A stretch of 64,000 nucleotides of DNA from Azolla caroliniana (Eukaryota > Plantae > Polypodiophyta). Positions within the stretch are counted from its first letter, which is position 1, and each line of letters opens with the position of its first letter. The stretch spans positions 22,816,001 through 22,880,000 of the forward strand of contig JBHGNT010000006.1 of the NCBI GenBank assembly GCA_043228905.1. Reading direction: 5' to 3'. Below are positions 49,641 through 64,000 of the stretch, piece by piece. Made by a program: the position numbers and the translations under genes. The notes beneath the pieces are model-generated. The model saw only the letters and a list, made by a program, of their open reading frames with translations. It made no database searches and was not told the origin of the DNA.

Positions 49641-52600
49641 ATATATCGAACATTGTCCTTTTCATGGAAAGGATCTTGGTGGCCATCCTCACATTTTTGT
49701 GAGAATGACATAGTCATCATCCCTTTTTCAACAATTTTTTTTGTAGACATCCCCGTTGGTCACTTCGATTTCGTTACGTAACGAAATGAGCATAGCCACA
49801 ATGATGTTGAGAACGTTGGGCTTGACCCACTTCATGTGAGGTCGCTCCTATGACACACATATCCAACATCCCTCCCTCATTACATGGATACGATGCCACC
49901 ATGAGATCATTCTTACGAAAGGCATTCATGATGATGTAACCATGTGATGGGCCACGTGGACCTAGTATAAAAAGAGGGCTCATTTGGCTTGACCATTAGG
50001 TTGCACTTCGGCGTATGCCATCATAATTATGAGACTTGAGGTTAGGTAACATACCAACATAGTTTGTGGTAAACAAGGGGGAAATAATGACACTTGACAT
50101 ATATGGTTCTTTTAAAAAACATATATGGGCAAATGTCTCGCATATCTCTTATGCGCATAAAACATTACATTCTTGATACATATGACTATAACACATGTTT
50201 AGACTTTAGGTATAAGTGCACTTTGGGGTCCTCGTAATAGGACTTAAAGAGCCGAAACCACATTCGTGGGCATAGAAACATTGTTTATTGTTAGCATGTT
50301 TTCGTGTATAAACTATTCATGATGCGAACATACATGGTCGACCCTCGGGGAGCCGCCGTGAAAAACATGCAGAGGGTCGACCCTCAGGGAGCACTATGAG
50401 ATTGCCGAAGTTGGGACATACGACTCATAGTCCAAACTTCAGCAATCTCATAGTGCTCTCGAGGCACGTATCATTGGTTCAGATATGGGGAATACAATCC
50501 ACCGTAAGTGATCACACTTATTGGGTGCACTTGGCTGATGGAAGAGTAGAGTACATCAGCGCGGCGATTCATTCATTAGGAATTTCTATTGATACTTATA
50601 TAGAGGAAGTAGACTTCCATGTAATGAATCTTTGAACCACTGATGTAATATTGGGTTATCCCTGGTTTTATAATAAAAAGTCTTCTTTTTCTATTGATTG
50701 GGTTCACCATTCCATCTCTTTTGTACTGAACGATTGTATTCATTTTATTCAATGTGTAAATAAACAATCTCTTTCGATTGTTTCCTCTCCATCAATATCG
50801 GAGTTGTCTTGTCTTGTGATCCGAACATTCACGTTTATAATATCGATAATGTCTTGGGTCAATTATCATATTTTGAACAACAACTCGATGAAATCTTAAA
50901 TGATTTTCCTGATGTTTTTTGAAGTGAACTACTACATGGGTTACCTCCTAAATGTAATATAGACCATTGTATAGATATTGTACCTGGTGTTGCACCAATA
51001 ACTATACCTCCTTATCGCTTAAGTCAATCCGAAGAGGATGAGGTACCTAAGCAACTCAAGGACTATTTACGAATGGGTTATATACGTTATAGTAAATCTC
51101 CATGGGGTGTTCCTGTTCTCTTGGTAAAAAAGAAAGAGGGCACCTGGTGTATGTGTATTAATTACCAATGCTTCAATAAAATGAGGATCAAGAATTCATA
51201 TCCATTACCCCGAGATGACGATCTAATTGACTGTCTTGATGGAGCTCGGTATTTTACGAAACTTGATCTCTGTACGGGCTACCATCAAATTCGTATAAAT
51301 GAGGAAGATGTTCCTAAAACGGCATTTCGTATGCACTATGGCCATTACGAGTTTGACCAATGCTCCAGCCACATTTCAACAAGAAATGAATGACATTTTT
51401 CAAGAACAACTTGGAAAATTTGTCGTTATTTTCTTTGATGATATTCTAGTTTATAGTCATACATTAGAAGAACATGCTAAGCATGTCCGCTTTGTTTTAC
51501 AAACATTGCGTGACAAACAGTTTTACACGAAGATCTCAAAATGTGAGTTCTTCAAGAAATCAATTACTTATCTTGGACATCTCATAACCGAACAAGGAAT
51601 TGATCCTTCTTGCATCGACAAAGTCAAACCTTGGCCCACTCTTCAGAATATTTGAGAAGTTCGATCATTCCTTGGTTTTGTCGGGTTTTTGTGAAAATCT
51701 CTTCGTAATTACTCCCAATTGACGACACCAATTTACTGATGTTCTCAAAGGTCAAACACATAAGTCTACAAAACTTGTTGTGTGGAATGCTACACTAGAC
51801 CTCGCCTTTAAGGAACTCAAGGACTTAGTGTGCAAGGCTCCTTCACTTCTTTTACTAGATCCTTCAAAACCTTTTCAGGTTGAAACTGACGCAAGTGATT
51901 ATGCTATAGGTGTTGTCTTATATCAAGATGGTAAACCAATAACATTTGAGAATAAGAAACTTGATTCTGCTCAGTTTCGATATACCGTTCAAGAAAATGA
52001 GTTATTTGCAATTATTCATGTGCTCAAGACATGGCACCATTATCTTTATGGAAATAGTTTTGTGGAAACTACGGACCATGAGTATGTGAAATATTTTTGT
52101 GACCAACAAGACCTGAAGGGTCATAAGGCACGATGGGCAAATCTCATCCAAGACTTTGATTTTTCCATATGATATCATAAAGGTTCCATGAACACTGTCA
52201 TTGATGCATTAAATTGCATCCGTGAAGTTAACATGCTTAGCTTCACTGAAATAACATAAGATCTTTATGATCACCTTCGAGGAAAGTATCCTGATTACAG
52301 TTATTTTATGAAATAATGAGCAAGAGTTGAGTTTGGAATAGACATCACCACATCCTCGAAAGAATACTTCCACATTCCTAACGGTTCGCTCTACGGTAAT
52401 GGGAAGGTTTGTGTTCCTAATTTACCTGTATACGGGTAAGTGCGCTAATTTAGCCCCACGATTTTGTGGACCTTTTATAGTCCTCAAACGGGTTGGTTCA
52501 TCAACCTATCATCTCGCTCTTCCTGATGGCGTTGAAATCTATCTAGTTTTTCATGTAAGTCGTCTAAGAACTTTTCGGTTCTAGCGACAATACACTGACA

Positions 52601-53702
52601 ATTGAAACTCTGGTTACTTCTAAAGAATTATCTTCTAAACCACATGTACCAGAAAGAATTCTCGATGTTAAAACAAAAAAATTGCGTTCTAAAATAATCT
52701 GGGAATTTAAAATTAAATGGATGGATAAGTCTCTTGAAGATGCCACATGGGAACGTGAAAATACTCTTAGAACTAACTTCCCTAACTTTCCATTGCAAGA
52801 GTGCAATGTTTTAAAGAGGGGGGAATATGTTACGGGTGTGACCATATAATATCCCGTGGTGAGAATTTACCGTAGTATTCTATACATGTGGATGACATGT
52901 GAGGGTTAAATGAGAGTGTAAAGAAAGGGAGGATTACTTTTAATCGTCGGGATTGAGACAATCCATTAGGCCAAATGTGAACTTGCCTTGGGGTCTTAGG
53001 TCTAGCTATAAATATGAGGCCTAACTACCCTCATTGGACAGATTGTCGACTACGTTGAGACTTTGACATTATAGTGGGTCAACTCTTGTAGCGAGCGCGC
53101 CAGCACCAAGTACGACTCAACACCACAACGGTGTTATGGGACGCCGATCAAGGCTCGAGTCCGTCTCGATCCCTTTGCTAGGGGGTGGTCGGGTGGATCG
53201 GCACCCTTCTTTCTCTCTCTCCTTTCTTATTTATCTATCTTTTATCCTTATCATATGCTGACATTAGATCATAACTCTAACAGGAGGGCTATGATGTAGG
53301 AGGGGGATCGGGGAAACTCATGGGACAAGAAGTTAGTGGACAGCCTAAGGTGAGGGGGAAGATGTGGATGCTTGGATGTGGAGGACTAGTACCCCGCATC
53401 TCCACCAATATGTGAAATGCACATAAGAGATCAAAACCAGTCTAGTTAGCTTTTTACTTTTTACTCAATTTATAGTCGATACAAAGGACCTACCCATTTG
53501 GGTTGGCTTAGCTAAAAAGAGTGTGCTAAAAGAGTGGGTCGGCTTAGGTACATGCATCCTAAAAAGGGTGTGCTAAAAGGGTGCCACAAAGGAACACATG
53601 CACACCATAGTACCTTACTTAAGGATAACTACTCAAGTATGGCTCAACAATTGCACCTCCTTTTTTCCCCTCAACTTTCTAGGGGAAACTATGGAATGTA
53701 GG

Positions 53703-53872
53703 GGTTGAACACATGAGCTTTTGTTCTCTATTGAACAACCTTCCCAATTGAGGTACATCCATCTAGCATATATATGTTCTCTACGTCGGTTGAACACATG
53801 AGCTTTTGTTCTCTATTGAACAACCTTCCCAATTGAGGTACATCCATCTAGCATATATATGTTCTCTACGTC
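53703..53872. repeat. Perfect 85-bp tandem duplication
   Basis: 53703-53787 is identical to 53788-53872. Confidence 0.93.
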
Positions 53873-56800
53873 CAATCTTTTTGTCTCAATTGATGGAGGG
53901 AGAAGAAGGTAGAGAAAAGTGGAGCAATAGTTGACTTACTTGAGGGGATAGAAAAGGGAGGAGAAAATATTACTATAATATGTGTGTGTGTATCATCTAT
54001 TGTATCATATCGAGATTCATAGTTTGATTTATTTATTTTTGCTTGTAAAAAAAAAGGCCAAAAACTTGCATGATGGCCACCAGAAAACAACAGTGAGCAC
54101 AAGTATATTAGAGCATATTATTGTCTAGCATATTATGTGCCCACTCGGTGTGGAAGGGTGATTAATTTTGTTTCAGAGAGGCACCCTCATTGGGATCTCC
54201 ATTTGTGGGGAAGAGTTGTACTATATCATGATGCAAGTCCCAACTAGGAATCATTTACACAAACACACACACATTGATAGAGAGAGATAGAACCATAGCG
54301 GTGAAGAAGAGAATATGTCGAGATGGGATGTGATCTAGGTCTCCTCTATAGGAACATTGTGTGGATGAGTACTAGAGTCTAGACGATAGCCATTGAGTAA
54401 AACTCACCTTCACTTGTTGACATGTTCTTGTTATGGTTCAACATAACGATAAATTTCTATAAAGTTTATGGCATTTTTTCCAATAACTTCCTATTTTTTT
54501 ACTTCATGCATGTTTCAGGATTGGAAAAATGAGAAGTCACTAATACTACGTTCACACTCATCATTTAACAAGAAGATGAGTTCTACAATATCTAAAATTG
54601 CCTATATATCCCAATGATTTCAGAACATTTTGTACTTTCTTTATCATAACATTATTCATCTTAATGGGAAGCAGACAATGGTTTTTGAATATTTAGGGTT
54701 GTGGTTAATGCTACAAGCACTACCCTTTCATTGCTTTACATGTGAATTAAACAAACTCCTCGACGGCAATTAAAGACCATACATCTACTATCTACAAATT
54801 TAATTTTACAAGTAAGCAACAAACATTCATTTAAAATTGTTGAAATTATGTTTTGTCGAGTATCTCATACTTGAAGAATTTTACTAAAAAACATTTGAAA
54901 TTTCAGAAGTATTTATGTGTTTGCATTATAAAGTTTATATGAAGCATATGGTACAACCTTGTTTTAAGATTGAAAAAACAATTATTGCTCTATCATTAAG
55001 AAGAACTTGAATGAAAGAACTTATACTCACATTAGACAAGGTTCATTCATTCCAGGGAGCCATACCTATACTAGGGCTCATTAACTATGTTTTTGTTTGA
55101 ACCAATGAAAAGGCATGCAATTCAAGAAGTTGGCCAAAATGCATCACTAGTGAACCCCTATTTATGTATGGAATTGAATTCCACGTAAATTTACTTTCAA
55201 GCTAGAGAAATGTATAGATTCTTAGTATAAATGAGATCACAGACTTTATGTCAAGTTTTCATATTTTTAGCCAAGTAAATAATACATACTCTTCCTTCAA
55301 TTTCCACAAACTTTTTTCGCATTTTACATTCGATTTTCAAACATAGCAAATGGTAATAATAACTCGAAACAATAAACACACTCATAGATTTTTTACAATT
55401 TTGGTTGGGAATACCCAATAGGTGTGAATCAAATCCCATACCAAAAAGTACATAAACTTTCTACTACCTAGTAGCTACCTATAGTTTTGTACAATTTTGT
55501 CAATTTGGAACAAACTGTTTTCCGAATAAGGTTCTCCATTAGTAGGGTTCACTAATAAAGTGTTGTATGCACTATCTAATACGTTACATTCATGCGTGAG
55601 GGCCATACAAAATAATGGTTTCAATAATGTAGTAAGCTTACCACAATTGTGACCCTATGATAGAGCTATGTGCAGAAATCCAATGGTCCCAAGTCTAATG
55701 TTGACCACCATAGTTTTTGCATGTTCTTATAAACCAACACCCTTAGAAAATACATGGGTATGCTATTCAAGCAAGATACATAGTTTGTGCACTCTTTTAA
55801 ATTAATGATAGTTAGTGACATGAGCATCAATGTGTGCATGCCAATAGTCACATGAAAGCATGATTATGACCCCATGAAAAGTGATGTGCACGGCTCAATG
55901 CGGAGCCTATTATCTAACATTTTTCTTTGAATCAAAACATTGGCGTAAATTCCATCATCAAAATAGAGAAAACACACTTACGCAGTATGGTAAGGATGTA
56001 TATGACCCCATGTAAACCTACTTGGAATCCACAATCAAAACAATCTTTGGGGGACCCATTGTGAGACTCAAAAACCATCCATCATCACAACATTTGTGTT
56101 GAATCATTGTCATCAAAACAAGATGCCATGAATTAGGTTTAGCGTGCATATCATCACCCTGTGGTCAAGTTATGTGTGGTAGAGCTTTCCTTCGAACACT
56201 ACTTGAAAACTAATCATCACAATACTCAAGTCAAGAACTTATTGCCAAAGATTAGGCCAAAGCACAATTGGAGCCAATGGACACCTCGGTTGCCCTTGAA
56301 AACTACAATTTGAGCAATGAAAAGCACAAATTAACAAAGTGGTCAGCCGCGCATCTTTTGCATCATCAAAATGAAGTTGTGTGCATCACGCTAAGCTTAT
56401 GTATGACCCATGAAAGCCCCGTGTGCGTAGAATGCAAGCACTTTCCATGGGAACTCATCATCATCATCATCATCATGAGAACAAGTTGCATGAATGAGGC
56501 CAACGAGAAACTATATGATTGGAAACCCATAAGTAAAGTCATGTATTACATTGAGCAGAGCAGCATGAGATGTGCAAGGGACCTCTGCCTACACATGACA
56601 ACACAACATTGTCTAGGCGAGGGATACACTTTTCCTAGGGGGGGCGTGGGTGGGTTTCGGGATCTCAATCTGAGAAGACAAGTCTGTAACAACTTCTCGA
56701 TACTTATGAGGCTTTGAAAGGAACGCGGAAAGTGTGGCCCCCCTTGTGAGACAAATAAGCTTCATGGGCACCCACCCTTGCCTCCCAAGTCAAGTCTCGA

Positions 56801-57241
56801 GCTCAAATCCTAACAAAACCAAAAAAAAGGACCCTTAATAGATAGACACATAGATATAGCTCTTCTTTCCTTCGAAGACTTTCCCCCCTTCTCTTTCTCT
56901 CAAGTCTATCTCTAATCTCATCTCCCTGTTCTGTAACTTGTAACCCTAATCCTATCTCCCTTTTCCTAATTTAAAATCCGCATCTCATCCGTCTGGGAAG
57001 AACCCAAATCCAAATTTTCTCTATTTTTTTTACCCATATTATTGGATGAAATCCATTTCCAAGTCGCAATTCCATTCAATCTAGTCCAAAACAAACCTTA
57101 AGAAAACCAAGTGGATATCTCCAACCCTCTGAAAACCCTAGCACTCTGACTGATTGAAGGAGGAAAATCCCTAATTCAATCCGGTGTATTAAAAATAAAA
57201 AGAAGAAAACCCGTACTGCAAATTACGATATAGATAAGCAG

Positions 57242-60200
57242 ATGGTCTTTGCTTTTGTTCCTGGTTTAGTCTCCGACATTAATCCAAAGTATGTAGTAAG
57301 AGATAATCTATATGACGATATAGTTGTTTTCCAGTTCGGCAAGAAGGGTCAAGATCCAACCATCATAACTGTCAACTGTCTCGATAAGGTCGGTCTCGTG
57401 GCGGACCTTACTCGGACCATTCTCGAATTTGGACTTGATGTGAATCGTGCAGGTAACCTTTGTGTTTTTGTATTAACTTAAATAGTTTATGCCAAATGGA
57501 ATTCTCAACCAAATGATCTGTTATATTGATAATGTGCGATTTAATTCGTATGTGTGGGCTTTTCTTTCGATTAATTTTTAACTGTTTTGTGACTTCTCTC
57601 GTTTATTTTCATTGATTCACATCTGTTATTGTTCGATTTCTTCATGTTTGGTGTCATTCTTCTAGTTTGAATCCATTGTTTCATGATACATGTTATTTTC
57701 CGTTTTGTTTGATCCCATTGATTCACATGTGGTATTGATTGATAGGTTCAGGGTTTGTGGTCCATTTGTTTGTGAATTGGTGATCTCATTCCATTGAATC
57801 CCAGGCGTGATTTCATCTCATTGAGTTCATGCGAGTATCGGGCATAGATTCACATGCATTGTGATTTCATATCATTAACTTTATAAATATGTATTTTTCA
57901 TGTATACACACTCATATTGATTTGTATAATGTGTTTTCCATTTATTGATTCCGATGCTTTTCATTTTGCTGATTCATATATGTGATTTCCCTTAACTGTC
58001 TATCAATCTATAAGTGATTATCTTTTGTGGATTCATTTATCTAAAGTTCAATTTCAGACTTTTGTACCGATGTGCCATGGTGTTACATGGTCTTTTGGGT
58101 CATCCCGGCTCGAGGTGCAAGCCAAGCCATTGAATGGAGTCATTTGAAGGCACGCCTTACCTCAATATCACCATCTCCATTCCCTCCCATTTTCGTTACC
58201 CCCGTACCAGAAATTGAAAGAACGAAGATATGTCTTTTGCAGACTTGGTCGGAAAACCGGCTTGGGCTCCTAAATGGTACCCATTTTCTTATTTCTATGT
58301 CTTTCTTCATGTTCTTATATTGAAGGAAAACTTGTGATATGTATAAAACATATGTGAATCTTTATACCTTCATATGTTATATATGATATGTGCTTTTTGG
58401 GCGTTTTATTAATTGATATAGTATCTTTTGACATGAATAGACATGACACAGGCTCTCTGGGATCATGAGCTCGACATCGAGAGGTTCAACGCATTAACAA
58501 CTCCTGATGGAAGTGCTGTCAATATATTTTGCTTCAATGACTCGAGGTTTGACACCATTCCTTTTGTATAATAAGATAGGGGATTGCAAGTTAAGTTCGT
58601 GCATTTCCATCAACAGGAAAACCTCACTCCTTCATGTTTGTAACTGGTTATAATTGTATGAAATTAAATGCTAGTTATAAATAATGAATTAGGTTTGATG
58701 CCAGTAGCTTGTATAATTAGGAAGTGAGTTAAATTTAAGCATTTCCATTTAAACATGAAAAGCATTGATTGTTGTAATTAAACCATCTACATTTAAAGTT
58801 TCTTAAAGATCAATTACGTGAGGCTAAATTTTAAGGATTCTAATATAGAACTAGTAGTAACATTGTTAATGTTTTTTCAATTGAAAGTTACTTCTAGGAA
58901 GATGACTAAAGTTGTGTGAAATTTAATGCTAGTTATAGATAATGGATTAGGTTTGACGCCCTTAGTTTGTGTAATTTGGAATTTAGTTAAATTCAAGCGT
59001 TTCAATTTAAAGACTTGGAAAGCATTGATTGTTCTAATAAAACCATCTACATTTAAACTTTCTTAAAGTTCAATTACTTGAAGCTAAATTTTAGTCATTC
59101 TAATCTAGAATTAGGAGTAACATTGTTAGCTAATTGTCAATTGAAATTTAATTCTAGGAAGATGACTTAAGGCTTGGCACCTTACCCGATAAGATATTAA
59201 TTTTGAGCTAAATCAATATTTTTCTCTAAATTCACGCAAAAAGCGAGTTAGAGGTCTTGAATGATAATCACCAAGTACATCCTAGACAATGATTTGGAGA
59301 TTTATCATGAAATTTGTTTTCAGGAACACATTGCACAACAAGAAGAGATGTACCTCAATTTATGAGAGTGTGAAATCAGTATTAGGCCCACATGGTTCAT
59401 GTAAATTCATCTCAGGAACTATGGATGATGTAGATAAAAGTTCGGAACTAACCTCACTTGATATCCCTACCGAGTTGCTCAATGAGAGATCACCTATAAC
59501 AATAGTGGACGATTCCACTTCTAAATTGTCCATCAACATCGACAATTCGTTTAGTGCATCACATACCCTTCTCGAAATCAAGTACCATTTTAGAAGAGGC
59601 TTTCTTTATGATTGCGTAAGAGTGCTTAAAGATTGCAACTTACAGGTAAAGATTTATTCAAATATCTAGTAGGAGACCTTTTTAGTTGGTTTTTTGCATG
59701 TACTGATTTTTGAACATAAAACATGGGGTTAATGTAATTTTATCTTAGAAATCTTGGAATTCATGTACAAATGACTCTGCATTATGCAAAGTTCCAGAGT
59801 AAAAACCCTAAAATATCTCATTAATAGATCATTTCAACAATTTTTAGTTATTACTATTATTCTGGTTAAATATTATGGACACCTCCATCCTTATGTTTTA
59901 TGCCACTTGCATAAGGCAATCAAATGTATATTATGTTCCAGTAAAATTATTCTTTTGAAATAAAGACAGACATAAACAGACATTTGCGTAATTTATAAGG
60001 TTAGAAATAGCCTACTTGCATGTAGATGGCTTTTTTGAGACAATATATCATTGGTTCATTTCTTTTCCATTTGTTCTTTTTGGGCTACAGATTGCACATG
60101 GCCGTTTTTCGAGATTGATAGATGGTGTAGTGGAGCTTGAGTTATTAATATCACAAGCAAATGGATGTAAGTTGTGTGATCCTGACAAACAAACAGCTTT

Positions 60201-60603
60201 ACGAGAGAAATTGGCCTCGGATATATGTGACCCTGTAAGGATAATGCTTCTCAATAAAGGTCTAAATATGGAGCTCTTGATTGCATCCACAACAGAGAGA
60301 AATGGAAAAGGCCGGCCACGTCTTTTATATGATGCTACATTAGCCTTAAAGATGTTGGAAATTTATTTCTTCAAGGTATAGAAAATCAATTTATCATTGA
60401 CTTTTTTTTCCATTTGTTTCAACCAAGTGTTCCAATGGTTGTCTTTTTTTTGGCAGGCTGACAATGTAGATGTTCCCTATAATGATAGGCGATGGGAGAT
60501 ATGTAGGTTCTTGTTTGTTGAACCTTTAGAACTTCGAAATAAGAGTCGAATTGTCGAAAGGGTAATGGATGTGCTTGTGGGCCGAGCAACTTCCAAAATG
60601 TAA
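57242..60603 (+). CDS. ACT domain repeat protein, ACR9/ACR10-like, about 429 aa; exons 57242-57452, 58058-58276, 58441-58546, 59324-59645, 60091-60375, 60457-60603
   Basis: ITVNCLDKVGLVADLTRTILEFGL, TDxxWCYMVFWV, TTPDG, IDNSFSASHTLLEI and GKGRPRLLYD motifs. Five GT-AG introns with compatible phases give 1290 nt with no internal stop. Confidence 0.92.
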
Positions 60604-62379
60604 GTAATTGTTCATACATTCAGCAAGTCAACAAACCCTTTTATATAGAATAACTATATATTGTAATATAGATTCTTTTAGAGGAAGAATTTTAGGTGAG
60701 AAACATTGATATTCTTTATTAGATTTGTAAATTCTTTATTACATTTGTAAATTCTTTCAATGTGGATCATAAGGTTCGTGAAGTTTCCTTTCCTTGTCTT
60801 TCATAAGCTTCAATGGAAAGCTCACACATGAACAAGATTTTGATGTAGATTATATGATATGATATAAGGAGCATTAAGCAATTTCTTTACTATGCTTTGA
60901 GATTTATGTATGTATATATAATGCTTTCATTGTAAATCAACCACATGTTGTTGACAAAGGGGGAATAAAGGAGATGTAATTTACTCATGTTGTGAATCGA
61001 CAATTCTTTGAATAAGTTTTTTATTCTATTATGATGCTTGGATGATGATTGTTTCTATGCATAAACACTTCTTTATGTCATTTGTCTTGAGGAAGAAAGA
61101 TGTTTCTTCCTAATACATTTCTACATATTTTCTTTATTGTTGTGATGTGGTTCATGAACAATGTATGAACTTTATTAATTGTTTCCTTTAGTTCATTCAA
61201 CAATAACAGGATTGCCTCTTCAAGAGTGATAGAAAAGCAAATGAATGAGAGAGGAGTAGACAAATATAGATATAATAACTTAGTGTGAATAAGATATTGT
61301 CATGTCAAATAGAGAGAGAGAGAAAGAAAGAAAGAAAGAAAGAAAGATATATTAACGTCTTTGAAGAGGCCAAAATGGCCTATAAGACCGAATAAGAGAT
61401 TACCTCTTAAATGTTTTCTCGTCTTTGAGAACAAATCAAAATAAAGTAAATATAAAAGTAAATAAGATGAAAAGAAAAGAGACGAGAGAATTTGGTTTTT
61501 GGCACATGCGAGATTCTCAAGTTAGGTATATTGTAGTTTTTGTCTCAGAAAGATCTCTATCATAGGTCGATCCAGAATGGAAATGTCTCCAAAGCGAGGG
61601 AAGCACCAGAGAGAGAGAGAGAGAGGCGTTGTCTTTCTTTTTATGGGCACCATCATCTCATATAGAGCATTGGAATTCCTTCCAAAAGAAGATTATTACA
61701 TTGGCATGGATGTAGGGATTGTGCTTTATATTTAACCAATCGTTTCTTTTGGGGTCAAAGAGGTGGATCAATTGTTTCTTTTGGGCCAGGATTATCCGAC
61801 TAGAGTTTTGCTTCTAGTGTCGAACCTATCTTGGTCTTACCCCATCTCCATAGTCCTCTGATTAGTCATGGGCGCCGATTCATGATCATGCTTATCTCTA
61901 ACTTCAAAAGATTCTGGAATTTGAAGATTTTCCTTTGATCAACCAGATTGCATCAGATTATGCATGCGGGCCTTACTTTGTTGATGCCAATCTTTCTCTT
62001 TCTCTTCATCTCAGGAACCAGTTCTTTGTGAGACTTATCCCATCTCTCTTCCTCTTTGTTGGGCATATCTTCTTTTTCCATCTGGTGCTCCTCTATCTTT
62101 TCTTTCTGCATCAAGCATAGGAACGTGTATTATCATCATGTGCCAAGCTTGTGTTGGATTACCTTGGATCTCATCTTTTAGGAGCACAATCTAACTCAGT
62201 CTTATTTTTGTTCTCATCTTCAGATGTTGTGCATTTGTCAGGCTTACTTTGGACATTCTCTATTTCAGGTTCGTAGCCAATGATGTCATTTACCTTCTTC
62301 AAGTGCTCCTCAGTCTTGATACTCATTTTCTACTTAGAATATTGAGTGATTTTAAGGCCTAGATCCATTGAGAATTGTC

Positions 62380-63400
62380 ACAACTTGTCAAGACCTAGTG
62401 TCTTTATAAAAATATCAACCACTTACTCCTTGTTGATGTCTTTCGCCAATATCAACTCACGGATATAATAATTGTGCACTTAGATTTGTAAGTCTCTGTA
62501 TGAAACACTAGATTCTTTGTGTGATGGATGCTATTGAGATTGTTGTAGTGGATGATGAGTATTGGCTTGTTTATTGATTTGCTGAAGTCTTTCTGAAGTC
62601 TTTTCAGTCGTATGACTTTACATGTAGCTATGGTTGTGCGCCTATACTCTGCCTTCGTGCTTGAAAGATCCACTTTTGGTTATTTCTTGTTGCCCAAGGA
62701 GATTGATCCACATTTGAGTGTCAACATAGATATTGTTGTAGATCTCCTATTGAATGAATTGCATGGCCGATCAATACTCATGAACCCATCAAGTCAAAGT
62801 AGTATTATATGGTTGTAGAAGATACCGCGATCGAGTGTCATGGGTGGTTTTGCATGAATTGATCAAGTAACTGACCTATTTAAATAGACAAAACTCCCAA
62901 TTATATGTCAATCTTGTGTAGGCTCACATAACTTGCCGGAGTATGCATGCACTTAACTTCATGTTTTATCTTGAACTTTTCTGAAAGCATCTCTTTTATC
63001 TTTGTGTCTCGATCAAGCTTTCTCCAATGATCACAAGGTCATCGACATTCAAAATAAATAAGAGTGGGTTTCAAAGATTGTTTTGAATATATGTAGTGAA
63101 AGTCAATGTTGTGAAGATACAATGTGATCTTCCAAAGATTGTTTTGAATATATATAGTGAAAGTCAATGTTGCTCGAGTCTATAGAGTGGTTTTTTCAAT
63201 TGACAAACCGCGTTCAGATGTTTGCTTGATTCGACACTGGGTGGTTGCAGCATGTAAACTTCTTCCTCGAGGTTGCCTTGGAGGAACTCGTTCTTTATGT
63301 GCATTTGGTGCAAGTGCCACCATTTCGCTACTATGAGCGCAATTATAGAGTCCTCATGATAGTCATTTTTGCCACTATGGCAAAAGCTTCCTCATCGCCT
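62380..63400 (-). mobile_element. Highly decayed copia RT-RNase H remnant
   Basis: LSSTKAEY...NLVFH, and WHLHQM-like sequence near 63310; same family as 35120-36680. Confidence 0.75.
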
Positions 63401-64000
63401 TGATCCAGTGGGGATCTTGGGGAACTTTGGTTTAAGCCCATCTTCTTTATCTACCACAACATTCATCATGAATGGATAATGATGCACCATGTGATCATTG
63501 TACCTAAACGTTACTCATGAGTTCTTTGCTTGGATTGATTGAAGAAAGATTTTCATTGGCCACCTCTTGGGCTATCTTTACTCTTAGTGTCCTCACCATG
63601 GTTGTTTACTTACCCGTATTTAACATTTAAATACGTATAGTACCTCATCATTTGTATAATACGTACTATACCTCAATGTTGTTCAGTCAAATATCATGTA
63701 CATTTGTCCAATACGGTATTTAACGTATTTATCAAAAACAGGTATAATATGTGTTTATAAAGAAAATGTAAGTAAAACCCAAACAAAAAGCAAAAGAAAA
63801 AAAAGATTTTAGTGAAAAAGAAGCCAAAGGAAGGAAGAAAGAAGAATAGAAGAGATGACAATGAAGAAGATGAAGAAGAGAAGAGAAACCTATCATGAGT
63901 GTGATAATTGTAGAGGATTCTTCAATCTATGAAGGCATAATTGTAAATAATTACAATTTGAAGTAGAACATCGTGATACACACTTACACTGATTTATAGA

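Larger units (their letters stand above)
45700..53263 (+). mobile_element. Chromovirus gypsy: LTRs 45700-46133 and 52828-53263, decayed PR-RT-RH, deleted integrase core, chromodomain about 52640-52790
   Basis: Related LTRs starting TGTTACG; PPT AAAGAGGGGGGAA; [37 protein letters not shown] and FCGPF motifs; chromodomain PERILD...FKIKW...EDATWE. No TSD was seen, so the two LTRs may belong to different copies. Confidence 0.8.

Noticed and set aside
53300-57100. Short ORFs and possible solo-LTR pieces upstream of the ACR gene
   Set aside because: No recognizable motifs, termini or TSDs that could be supported.

Overview
Eukaryotic land-plant DNA, by inference a non-seed plant such as a fern or lycophyte. 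Most of the window is nested, decayed LTR retrotransposons: several Ty1/copia, Athila/Tat-like, Tat with archaeal-type RNase H, a chromovirus, and a fungal-like tRNA-Trp-primed Ty3. Two intact host genes are present: a 3-exon CYP71-clan cytochrome P450 (25677-27442, about 532 aa) and a 6-exon ACT-domain-repeat gene of the ACR9/ACR10 type (57242-60603, about 429 aa). Two features stand out. (1) At about 5.9-13.1 kb, a decayed Sola1-like DDD transposase lies head-to-head with a spliced gene that fuses a ParB/Srx-like domain to a beta-class N6A/N4C DNA amino-methyltransferase, with an array of four 25-bp palindromes in its first intron. (2) In three separate Athila/Tat-like copies, a sense-strand tRNA-Arg 3'-end-like motif sits where the polypurine tract should be. 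One of these copies is bounded by a target-site duplication yet has two non-matching LTRs. All family assignments come from motif recognition by eye; no database search was run.
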